Origin: an uncultured Xanthomonas sp. | Lineage (GTDB): Bacteria; Pseudomonadota; Gammaproteobacteria; Xanthomonadales; Xanthomonadaceae | Direction of reading: 5' to 3' | Assembly (NCBI GenBank): GCA_943912265.1 | Contig: CALTTS010000011.1 | Coordinates: forward strand, 15,309 to 79,308 | DNA: 64,000 bases | Shown: positions 36,679 through 45,028 of the stretch, in pieces | How positions within the stretch are numbered: position 1 is the first letter of the stretch | How the letters are laid out: each line of letters opens with the position of its first letter | Program-made: the position numbers and the translations under genes | Notes under the pieces: model-generated | The model's input: only the letters and a program-made list of their open reading frames with translations | What the model was told of the DNA's origin: nothing | The model's database searches: none

Positions 36679-38154
36679 ATGATGTTTCCGCCTGTCTCCG
36701 CCCGCACCGCCCTGCTCCGCCAGAGGCTTTTCCGCGCCACCGGCCCGGTCGCCCTGCTGGCCCTGCTCGCAACGCCTTCCCTTGCACTGGCGCACGCCGA
36801 ACCACCCGTCCAGGCCACCGTCGTGGTGGTCGCGCCGGATGCGCCGCAACTCGTGCCGGACTACTGGATCGCCCGGCTGGGCGACGCGGATGCCACCCGA
36901 CTGTCGCCGCAAGCCGTCGCCGCACAGAACGCCCGCATGGCCGCGCTCGACCCGCACATCGAATCGCTGGCCGCGTTGCCTGCCCATGTGCCGGGCGGTG
37001 ACGTCACCGCCAGTCTGAGCGACCTGTCCAAGCGCCCGAACCGCACGTTGTACGACGTGCACGGGCAGGTGCTCGATGCCGCCATGATCGACGCCATCCT
37101 CGCCAATGCGGCGCTCGATGCGGTGCCGGCCACGGTGGCACCGCGCTACGGCCTGACCGTTGCCCGTGCCGACCTGCGCAGCTTCCCCACGGCGCAACGC
37201 GTGTTTTCGACGCGCGGCGACATCGACATCGACCGCTTCCAGGAATCGGCGCTGTTTCCCGGCGACGCGGTGGCGGTGCTGCACGAGAGCCGTGACGGCC
37301 AGTGGTACTTCGTCGCCAGCCAGCGCTATCGCGCCTGGGTGGAGAAGCGCCGCATCGCGCTGGGCTCGCGCGAACAGGTGCTCGGCTACGGCCAGCGCCT
37401 GCCGGTCCGCGTGATCACCGCCGGCACCGCACGCACCACCTTCACCCCCGACCGGCCAGCGGTATCGAACCTGCAACTGGACATGGGCATCGCCCTGCCG
37501 CTGCGCACCGACTGGCCAGCCGGACAGCCGGTCAACGGGCAGGATCCGTACACCTCATGGGTGCTCGACCTGCCGGTGCGCAACGACGACGGCTCGCTGG
37601 CCTTCGCCCCGGCACTGCTGCCGCGCACCGCCGACACCGCGGCAGCCCCTCTGCCGCTGACCCCGGCCAACCTGATCCGGCAGGGCTTCAAGTTCCTCGG
37701 CGAGCGCTATGGCTGGGGCCATTCGTTCGATACCCGCGACTGCAGCGGCTTCGTCTCCGAGGTGTACCGCAGCGTCGGCATCCTGCTGCCGCGCAACACC
37801 AGCGCGCAGGCGGTCAGCCCGGCCTTGCAGGAGGTGCCGCTGCCGCCGTCCTCCGACCGGGCCGGCCGGCTGGCGGCACTGAAAACGCTTAAGGTCGGCG
37901 ACCTGGTCTACATCCCCGGCCACGTGATGATGGTGATCGGCCACGACGCCGGCATGACCTGGGTGATCCACGACACCGCCGGCACCACTTACGCCGGTGC
38001 CGACGGCACGCTCGTGCGCGCGCGCCTGAACGGGGTGTCGGTCACGCCGCTGGAGCCGATGCGCTTCGACGCCGACACCCTGTACGCGGACCGCATCACC
38101 CGCATCCAGCGCCTTCCCGAAAAGCCCATTCCCTTAAAGATTTCCGCTCAATGA
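36679..38154 (+). CDS. NlpC/P60 family gamma-D-glutamyl-L-diamino acid endopeptidase with SH3b domains (YkfC-like)
   Basis: Signal peptide, SH3b-like N-terminal domains, NlpC/P60 catalytic Cys (RDCSGFVSEVY) and His (IPGHVMMVIGH). Confidence 0.85.
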   Translation: MMFPPVSARTALLRQRLFRATGPVALLALLATPSLALAHAEPPVQATVVVVAPDAPQLVPDYWIARLGDADATRLSPQAVAAQNARMAALDPHIESLAALPAHVPGGDVTASLSDLSKRPNRTLYDVHGQVLDAAMIDAILANAALDAVPATVAPRYGLTVARADLRSFPTAQRVFSTRGDIDIDRFQESALFPGDAVAVLHESRDGQWYFVASQRYRAWVEKRRIALGSREQVLGYGQRLPVRVITAGTARTTFTPDRPAVSNLQLDMGIALPLRTDWPAGQPVNGQDPYTSWVLDLPVRNDDGSLAFAPALLPRTADTAAAPLPLTPANLIRQGFKFLGERYGWGHSFDTRDCSGFVSEVYRSVGILLPRNTSAQAVSPALQEVPLPPSSDRAGRLAALKTLKVGDLVYIPGHVMMVIGHDAGMTWVIHDTAGTTYAGADGTLVRARLNGVSVTPLEPMRFDADTLYADRITRIQRLPEKPIPLKISAQ

Positions 38155-39248
38155 AGATCACCGACATCCGCCTGGGCATGCTGCGCGTGCCGCTCAAGAC
38201 GCCGTTCAAGACCGCGCTGCGCACGGTGGAAACCATCGAGGACATCGTCGTCGAGATCCACACCGATACCGGCCACGTCGGCTACGGCGAGGCGCCGCCG
38301 ACGCCGCCGATCACCGGCGACACCCACGGCTCGATCATCGAGGCGATCGCGCACTTCATCCGTCCGCGCCTGATCGGCCAGGACGTGGCCAACCTCAACC
38401 GCATCACCGGGCTGATCCAGGCCTCGATGGAGCGCAACACCAGCGCCAAGGCGGCGGTGGAGATCGCCGTGTACGACCTGTGGGCGCAGCTGCACGACGC
38501 GCCGCTGTACCAGATGCTCGGCGGCGGCGACCCGGTCATCACCACCGACATCACCATCAGCGTGGACCACATCGACAAGATGGTGGCCGATTCGCTGGCC
38601 GCGGTGGAACGCGGCTTCGATTCGTTGAAGATCAAGGTCGGCAAGGACATCGGGCTGGACATCGAGCGGGTCAAGGCGATCCACGCCGCGGTCGATGGCC
38701 GCGCGTTGCTGCGGCTGGATGCCAACCAGGGCTGGACCGCCAAGCAGGCGGTGTACGCGATGCAGACGCTGGAAGACGCCGGCGTGGTGCTGGAGCTACT
38801 GGAGCAGCCGGTCAAGGCCAGCGACATCGATGGCCTGAAATACGTCACCGAGCGCGTGCACACGCCGGTGATGGCCGACGAAAGCGTGTTCGCGCCCAGC
38901 CAGGTGTTCGACCTGATCCAGCGCCGTGCCGCGGACATCATCAACATCAAGCTGATGAAGACCGGCGGCATCTCCAACGCCATCCGCATCGCCGACATCG
39001 CCGCGATGTACGGCATGGACTGCATGATCGGCTGCATGCTCGAAAGCAGCATCAGCGTCTCGGCCGCGGTGCACCTGGCGGTGGCCAAGGCCCACGTGAT
39101 CAGCAAGGTGGATCTGGACGGCCCGTCGCTGGGCGTGTTCAATCCGGTCGATGGCGGGGTGATCTTCAACGAGTCCGAGATCACCGTCACCGACGCGCCG
39201 GGGCTGGGCATCCGCGAGATCCGCGGGCTGGAACCGCTGCCGCACTGA
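38151..39248 (+). CDS. L-Ala-D/L-Glu (dipeptide) epimerase, enolase superfamily (YcjG/YkfB-like)
   Basis: MKITDIRLGMLRVPLKTPFKTAL... MR/MLE-type barrel with KxK and metal ligands (D..E..D). Overlaps the NlpC/P60 stop by 4 nt. Confidence 0.85.
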   Translation: MKITDIRLGMLRVPLKTPFKTALRTVETIEDIVVEIHTDTGHVGYGEAPPTPPITGDTHGSIIEAIAHFIRPRLIGQDVANLNRITGLIQASMERNTSAKAAVEIAVYDLWAQLHDAPLYQMLGGGDPVITTDITISVDHIDKMVADSLAAVERGFDSLKIKVGKDIGLDIERVKAIHAAVDGRALLRLDANQGWTAKQAVYAMQTLEDAGVVLELLEQPVKASDIDGLKYVTERVHTPVMADESVFAPSQVFDLIQRRAADIINIKLMKTGGISNAIRIADIAAMYGMDCMIGCMLESSISVSAAVHLAVAKAHVISKVDLDGPSLGVFNPVDGGVIFNESEITVTDAPGLGIREIRGLEPLPH

Positions 39249-39268
39249 CCTCACGGAGAACCCGGACG

Positions 39269-40147
39269 ATGCCGCGCGGAGACACCGAGAAGCCCATGCC
39301 GCCCCTGGTGAAAATCCGCTCATCGCGCGACCAGATGTCGGCCATCGAGCGGCGCATCGCCGATTTCATCCTCGACAACGCCCACCTGCTGCGCGACTAC
39401 TCCTCCCAGCAACTGGCCAGCGCCTTGGGCGTGAGCCAGTCCAGCGTGGTGAAGTTCAGCCAGAAGCTCGGCTTCAAGGGCTACCCGGACCTGAAGTATT
39501 CGGTCGGCGAGGCGGTCGCGCGCGCCGGCGGCGGCACGGCCGACGCGCCCCCGGCCGAGCGGGACGACGACGACGCCTACACCCGCCTGGACCAGGCGCT
39601 GCGCCGGGCCAAGGCGACGGCCGAGGAGGAAACCCGGCTGATCAACCCGCGCGCCACCATCGAGCGCATTGCCGGCCTGATCGACGGCGCGCCCAAGGTG
39701 TTCGTGTGCGGCATCGGCGACGACGGCCTGTTCGCGCGCGAGTTCGCCATGCGGCTGTCGCTGCTGGGCGTGCTCACCGTGCACCATGCCGACGCCATCC
39801 TGATGGCCTCCAATTTTTCGGCCGCGCGCGCCGGCGACGTGCTGCTGATGTTTTCCGAATTCGGCCAGCTGCCCGCACTGAGCCAGCTGGCGCGCCAGTT
39901 CCGCAACAGTGGCGGCAAGGTGGTGTCGATCACCCGCCACAGCGCCAACCCGCTGCGCGCGCAGGCCGACGCGGCGCTGGCCATTTCCGCGCACGACCCG
40001 GCGCCGCACGTGGAGCAGTTGCTGTACCGTTCCTCGCTGCAATACCTGCTCGATTTCCTGTTCGTGCTGCTGTGCCGGACCAACCCCGAGCGCGATCGCC
40101 AGCTGGCGATGAACCTCGAGCGGGTCAACCAGCTGCTCGACGCCTGA
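39269..40147 (+). CDS. MurR/RpiR family transcriptional regulator (HTH + SIS domain)
   Basis: N-terminal HTH_6 (SQQLASALGVSQSSVVKFSQKLGFKGY) and C-terminal SIS domain (VFVCGIGDDG...). Confidence 0.8.
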   Translation: MPRGDTEKPMPPLVKIRSSRDQMSAIERRIADFILDNAHLLRDYSSQQLASALGVSQSSVVKFSQKLGFKGYPDLKYSVGEAVARAGGGTADAPPAERDDDDAYTRLDQALRRAKATAEEETRLINPRATIERIAGLIDGAPKVFVCGIGDDGLFAREFAMRLSLLGVLTVHHADAILMASNFSAARAGDVLLMFSEFGQLPALSQLARQFRNSGGKVVSITRHSANPLRAQADAALAISAHDPAPHVEQLLYRSSLQYLLDFLFVLLCRTNPERDRQLAMNLERVNQLLDA

Positions 40148-40163
40148 CCCCACCGGAGCCGCC

Positions 40164-41012
40164 ATGCCCGCCTCGTTCGCGCCGTCCCGATCCCGCTCCG
40201 GCGGCCCGCCTTCACGGCAGCGGCGGGCATGGCGCAGGCTCGCCGCCTTCGCACTGGCGGCCGTGCCCATGCTGGCCGCGGCCGCGGCCGGGGCCGACGC
40301 CGGCACGCCCGACCCGCTGGCCGGCACGCGCCAGCTGGTGGTGGTGATCGCCCCCGGCTGGGATGCCAGCGAGGCCCGCCTGCAGGCCTGGCAACGCGAC
40401 GGAGCCGGCCGCTGGCAGGCGCAGGGCGCGCCGTTCGACGTGTCCATCGGCCGCGCCGGCAGCGCCTGGGGGCTGGGCCTGCTGCCGGTGCCGGAGCAGG
40501 CCGCCGGCCCGCGCAAGCGCGAAGGCGACGGCCGCAGCGCCGCCGGCGTGTTCGCCATCGGCACCGCGTTCGGCTATGCCGAGCGCATCGACAGCGCGAT
40601 GCCGTACAAGGCCGCGCAGCAGGACAGCTACTGCATCGACGTGCCCGATTCGCCGCTCTACAACACGCTGGTGGATGCGCACGTGGTCGGCGCCGATGCG
40701 GTAAAGGGCTCCACCGAGCCGATGCGGCTGGACCTGCACCACGACGGCGACATCCGCTACCGCGAGGGCTTCGTGATCGAGCAGAACCCGCAGGCCGTGC
40801 CCGGCCGCGGCAGCTGCATCTTCGCCCACCTGCGCCGCCACCCCGGCGAGCCCACCGCCGGCTGCACCGCGATGGAGCCGGAGAACATGCAGCGGCTGCT
40901 GGCCTGGCTCAGGCCCGAGGCGCAGCCGCGCTTCGTGCTGCTGCCGCAGGCCGAATACCGCCGCCTGCAGGCCGCCTGGCACCTGCCCGCCTCCCGGGAC
41001 GCGACGAAGTGA
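40164..41012 (+). CDS. Secreted L,D-transpeptidase (YkuD) catalytic domain-like protein
   Basis: Signal peptide and a C-terminal His...Gly-Cys motif (HLRRHPGEPTAGCTAM) resembling the Ldt active site. Confidence 0.45.
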   Translation: MPASFAPSRSRSGGPPSRQRRAWRRLAAFALAAVPMLAAAAAGADAGTPDPLAGTRQLVVVIAPGWDASEARLQAWQRDGAGRWQAQGAPFDVSIGRAGSAWGLGLLPVPEQAAGPRKREGDGRSAAGVFAIGTAFGYAERIDSAMPYKAAQQDSYCIDVPDSPLYNTLVDAHVVGADAVKGSTEPMRLDLHHDGDIRYREGFVIEQNPQAVPGRGSCIFAHLRRHPGEPTAGCTAMEPENMQRLLAWLRPEAQPRFVLLPQAEYRRLQAAWHLPASRDATK

Positions 41013-42319
41013 ACGAAGAAGCCAACGCATCGGCGGCCCAGCCGCATCTGGTCCGCGCAGTCAGCCGCTGGCAGATCGTCGGCCTGTCGATCAACGACGT
41101 CATCGGCAGCGGCATCTACCTGCTGCCGGCCGCCGCCGCGGTGCTGCTCGGGCCGATGAGCCTGTGGGCGGTGCTGCTGGCCGGGCTGGCGGTGGCCCTG
41201 CTGGTGCTGTGCTACGCGCAGGCGGCCAGCTACTTCGACGAACCGGGCGGCAGCTACCTGTACGCGCGCGAGGCCTTCGGCCGCTTCGCCGGCTTCGAGA
41301 TCGGCTGGATGATCTGGCTGACCCGCATCAGCTCGGCCGCCGCGCTCGGCAACGGCCTGGCCGACGCGGTGGCGCCGCTGTGGCCGGCCGCCGCACAGGC
41401 CGGCTGGGCGCGCACGCTGGTGATCGTCGCCGCGCTCGGCGGACTGACCGCGATCAACGTGGTCGGGGTGAAGTCGGCCGCGCGCACCGGCGTGGCGCTG
41501 GTGATCGGCAAGCTGGTGCCGCTGGCCCTGTTCGTGGCGATCGGCGTCTTCCACGTGGACTGGCAGGCGGCCTTCTCCGGCACCGCCCCGGCGGTGCACG
41601 ACTTCGGCAACCTCGGCCAGGCCGCGCTGCTGCTGCTGTTCGCCTACGCCGGCTTCGAGAACATCCCGGCCGCCGCCGGCGAATACCGCAACCCGCAGCG
41701 CGACGTGCCGTTCGCGCTGATCACCATGATCGTCACCGTCACCCTGATCTACGCGGTGGTGCAGGTGGTCGCGCAGGGCACGCTGCCGCAACCGATCACC
41801 GAGAACATGCCGCTGTCGGAGGCCGCGCAGCGCTTCGGCGGGCACGGGCTGGCGCTGGTGCTGGTGGTCGGCGCGGTGATCTCCATCCTCGGCACCACCA
41901 GCAACACGGTGATGCTCGGGCCGCGCTTCCTGTTCGCGCTGGCCAAGGACGGCTACGGCCCGGCCTTCCTCGCCCGCATCCATCCGCGCTTCCACACGCC
42001 GGCGGCGGCCATCGTGGTGCAATTCGTCATCTCGCTGGCGCTGGCGTTGTCGGGCTCGTTCGCCGGGCTGGCCCTGTTGTCGATGGTGACCCGGCTGCTG
42101 GCCTACATCGGCACGGCCGCCGCGGTGCTGGTGCTGGCCCGGCGCTACCGCGACCGCCCGGGCGCGTTGAAGCTGCCCGGCGGCCCGCTGATCCCGGCGC
42201 TGGCCCTGCTGCTGTCGGTGGGCCTGCTGCTCAGCGCCAGCTGGCAGAACCTGCTGGCGGTGGGCGTGGCGCTGTCGCTCGGCGCGCTGATCTACCTGTT
42301 CCCGCGCAAGCAGGCCTGA
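41009..42319 (+). CDS. APC-family amino acid permease
   Basis: 12 predicted TM helices. GTG start overlaps the upstream stop (GTGA). Signature SGIYLLP. Confidence 0.8.
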   Translation: MNEEANASAAQPHLVRAVSRWQIVGLSINDVIGSGIYLLPAAAAVLLGPMSLWAVLLAGLAVALLVLCYAQAASYFDEPGGSYLYAREAFGRFAGFEIGWMIWLTRISSAAALGNGLADAVAPLWPAAAQAGWARTLVIVAALGGLTAINVVGVKSAARTGVALVIGKLVPLALFVAIGVFHVDWQAAFSGTAPAVHDFGNLGQAALLLLFAYAGFENIPAAAGEYRNPQRDVPFALITMIVTVTLIYAVVQVVAQGTLPQPITENMPLSEAAQRFGGHGLALVLVVGAVISILGTTSNTVMLGPRFLFALAKDGYGPAFLARIHPRFHTPAAAIVVQFVISLALALSGSFAGLALLSMVTRLLAYIGTAAAVLVLARRYRDRPGALKLPGGPLIPALALLLSVGLLLSASWQNLLAVGVALSLGALIYLFPRKQA

Positions 42320-42329
42320 GCCCAGCGCT

Positions 42330-42827
42330 TCAGGCCAGCGCGCGCATGCGCACGCTGAGGCCCACCGCCTGCACCAGACTGTAGACCACCAGCGTCGCCG
42401 CCAGGCTCATCGTCAGCGGGCTGGCATTGCCGGTGGTGTAGGCCGCCCCCTGGCTGAAGGCGCCGCCGTACCAGCGCCACGCCAACCGGCCGGCCAGCAG
42501 CAGCGACAGCGCGCCGCCGATCCACGGGTTGGGCGTGTAGCCGGGCTTGCCGTCGCGCACGTCGATGCGGGTATGCCTGAGCGCGAAAACGCCCAACGCA
42601 ACCCCGGCCAACGCACCGGCCACCATGCCCACGGCCACGTGCGGCACATACACGGCCGCAAGCCCCAGCATCACCGACACCAGCGCCAGCAACACGATGC
42701 GCGCCAGCGTGCGCCGCGGTTGCCATGGCTGCCGGCCGAAATGGCGGCGGATGCGGCGGTAATACAGCCAGCCGAAACCGGCGGTCATCAACCAGGGCAT
42801 GTACACGGGCAGCACAGCGGCAGGCAT
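42330..42827 (-). CDS. Hypothetical integral membrane protein
   Basis: Four hydrophobic helices. ATG at 42827 chosen within the longer ORF. Confidence 0.35.
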   Translation of the reverse strand: MPAAVLPVYMPWLMTAGFGWLYYRRIRRHFGRQPWQPRRTLARIVLLALVSVMLGLAAVYVPHVAVGMVAGALAGVALGVFALRHTRIDVRDGKPGYTPNPWIGGALSLLLAGRLAWRWYGGAFSQGAAYTTGNASPLTMSLAATLVVYSLVQAVGLSVRMRALA

Positions 42828-43074
42828 CGGGCATTCCTTCAGGGCGAGCGCGCAGCATCGCATGGTGCCGCGCCGGTTCAAGGTGCCGGTGGTCATTCGC
42901 CCCATTCAGAGGCCGCAACCGCGGCTGAACCCGGCCCGGCGGCTTGCGCTTCGCTCACGTTTCGCTTGCGAAGCGCTAACGCCGGCCGGTGCAACGTGGC
43001 CCCCGGCGCCTACACCGGCGCCCGCCTCCCGGATGCCCCGGCAGGCGAACGGCAATGCAGAGAGGACACGACGC

Positions 43075-43257
43075 ATGAACACTGCGAACCCGCGGCACCC
43101 GCACCTCGACAAGCAGCCACCGCACCCGACGCACGACGCGATGCAGGCCAAACCGCACGAAGACTGCCGGGCAGCCAAACGCAGACCGCAGGAAAAAACC
43201 GGGCACGACGATACCGCCCGGCGCATGCAGGAACGCGACCACAGACACCCCCACTGA
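43075..43257 (+). CDS. Small His/Arg-rich hypothetical protein (60 aa)
   Basis: ATG preceded by GAGAGGA. Low-complexity basic product. It may be non-coding. Confidence 0.15.
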   Translation: MNTANPRHPHLDKQPPHPTHDAMQAKPHEDCRAAKRRPQEKTGHDDTARRMQERDHRHPH

Positions 43258-43449
43258 CCATCCTTTCCACCCCGGCACGTGAAGACGGAGGGCACCCGCG
43301 TGGGTGCCCTTCACGTTTTCCGCCGACGGAACGGGCATGCCACCGTGACCGGCCGCGGACCAGCGCATCGGAGCGGTCGTCGTGCATTGACGGACGCACG
43401 CGCCGTGGCAGGCATCATGCGGGCAAGTCTCCTGCCAAGAAGCACCGCC

Positions 43450-44595
43450 ATGCCCCGACGACACTCGCGGCTGCCGCTGGTCACCGCTCTGCTGCTGGCC
43501 GCATCCACCGCCGCCTGCCAAGACACGCCGCCGCCGGCCGCGGCCAAGCCGTTCACCACGACGACGCTGGGCCGTTTCGACGAACCCTGGGCGATGGCCT
43601 TACTGCCCGACGGGCGCCTGCTGGTCACCGAAAAGCGCGGCACGCTGAAGCTGTTCGACCCGGCCACCCGGCGCAGCGGCACCGTCGATGGCGTCCCGGC
43701 CGTGGCCCATGGCGGGCAAGGCGGCCTCGGCGACATTGCCGTGCATCCGCATTTCACCGACAACGGCCGGGTCTACCTCAGTTATGCCGAAGCCGGCCCC
43801 GGCGACACGCGCGGCGCGGCGGTGGCCTGCGCCAGGCTGGTGCTGGACGACAAGGGCGGCGGCCGGCTCGCAGACCTGGACGTGATCTGGCGGCAGGTGC
43901 CCAAGACCGGCGGTCAGGGCCATTACGGCCACCGCCTGTTGTTCGGCCCGGACGGCAAGCTGTGGATCAGCTCCAGCGAACGGCAGAAGTTCGACCCGGC
44001 GCAGGACATGGCCAGCAATCTCGGCAAGATCGTGCGCCTGAACGACGACGGCAGCGTGCCGGCGGACAACCCGTTCGCCGCGCGCGGCGGCGTAGCCGCG
44101 CAGGTGTGGTCGCTCGGCCACCGCAACGTGCTGGGCATGGATTTCGACGCGCAAGGCCGCCTGTGGGAAGTGGAAATGGGCCCGCGTGGCGGCGACGAGC
44201 TGGATCTGGTCGAGCGCGGCGCCAACTACGGCTGGCCGCTCGTCTCCGAAGGCAGCCATTACAGCGGCCGGCCGATCCCCGGCCATGCCACCCGCCCGGA
44301 GTTCAGCGCACCGAAGATCGCCTGGACGCCGGTGATCTCGCCGTCCAGCCTGCTGGTCTACAGCGGCCGGCGCTACCCCGGCTGGGCCGGCAATGCCTTC
44401 ATCGGCGGGCTGTCGTCCAAGGCGCTGGTGCGCGTCGAACTGGACGGAGACAGCGCCCACGAAACGGCGCGCTACGACATGGGCCAGCGCATCCGCGCCG
44501 TCGAGCAGTCACCGGACGGGCTGCTGTGGCTGCTCGAAGACGGCAGCAACGCGCGCCTGCTGGAGCTGCGCCAAGGCCCCGCCACGGGGAGCTAA
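43450..44595 (+). CDS. PQQ-dependent soluble sugar (aldose) dehydrogenase, lipoprotein (YliI/Asd-like)
   Basis: Lipobox LLAASTAAC. Beta-propeller sGDH motifs (LPDGRLLVTEKRG, HRLLFGPDGKLWIS, GHRNVLGMDFD, GWPLVSEG). Confidence 0.85.
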   Translation: MPRRHSRLPLVTALLLAASTAACQDTPPPAAAKPFTTTTLGRFDEPWAMALLPDGRLLVTEKRGTLKLFDPATRRSGTVDGVPAVAHGGQGGLGDIAVHPHFTDNGRVYLSYAEAGPGDTRGAAVACARLVLDDKGGGRLADLDVIWRQVPKTGGQGHYGHRLLFGPDGKLWISSSERQKFDPAQDMASNLGKIVRLNDDGSVPADNPFAARGGVAAQVWSLGHRNVLGMDFDAQGRLWEVEMGPRGGDELDLVERGANYGWPLVSEGSHYSGRPIPGHATRPEFSAPKIAWTPVISPSSLLVYSGRRYPGWAGNAFIGGLSSKALVRVELDGDSAHETARYDMGQRIRAVEQSPDGLLWLLEDGSNARLLELRQGPATGS

Positions 44596-44652
44596 ACGCA
44601 CACGCCGCCCCGTTCCGCGCGCGGCGCGGGAGCGCATGTGGCGGCAGGCATG

Positions 44653-45012
44653 TCAGGCGGCGTGCGGTTGCGGCGAATACGGCAACGCATCCAGCACCCT
44701 GCTGGTCACCTTGCGCACCGGCTCGCCGATGTCCTCGTCCATCCTGCGCTTGATGTCGATCCATTCCGCATCGGCGAGGAACTCGCGCCAGCGGCGCTCC
44801 ATGGTGTCCGCATCCGGCCAGCGCAGCAGGTACACCAGTTCGAAGTCGGTCACCGTGGTGGATTCCCACAGCGCAGCGATCTCGAAACCGTAGCGGGCCA
44901 TGATCCGCATCGCGTGGTCGCGGAAGCGTGCGTGGAAGGCCTCGCGGCGGTCGGCCGCCACCTCGTAGATCCGCAGCTGGTACAGCGGTGCGGAGGATGT
45001 CGTCTCGCTCAT
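44653..45012 (-). CDS. NIPSNAP family protein
   Basis: MSETTSSAPLYQLRIYEV... 119 aa dimeric alpha-beta barrel pattern. Confidence 0.6.
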   Translation of the reverse strand: MSETTSSAPLYQLRIYEVAADRREAFHARFRDHAMRIMARYGFEIAALWESTTVTDFELVYLLRWPDADTMERRWREFLADAEWIDIKRRMDEDIGEPVRKVTSRVLDALPYSPQPHAA

Positions 45013-45028
45013 GTCGGCCTCCTCGGCA

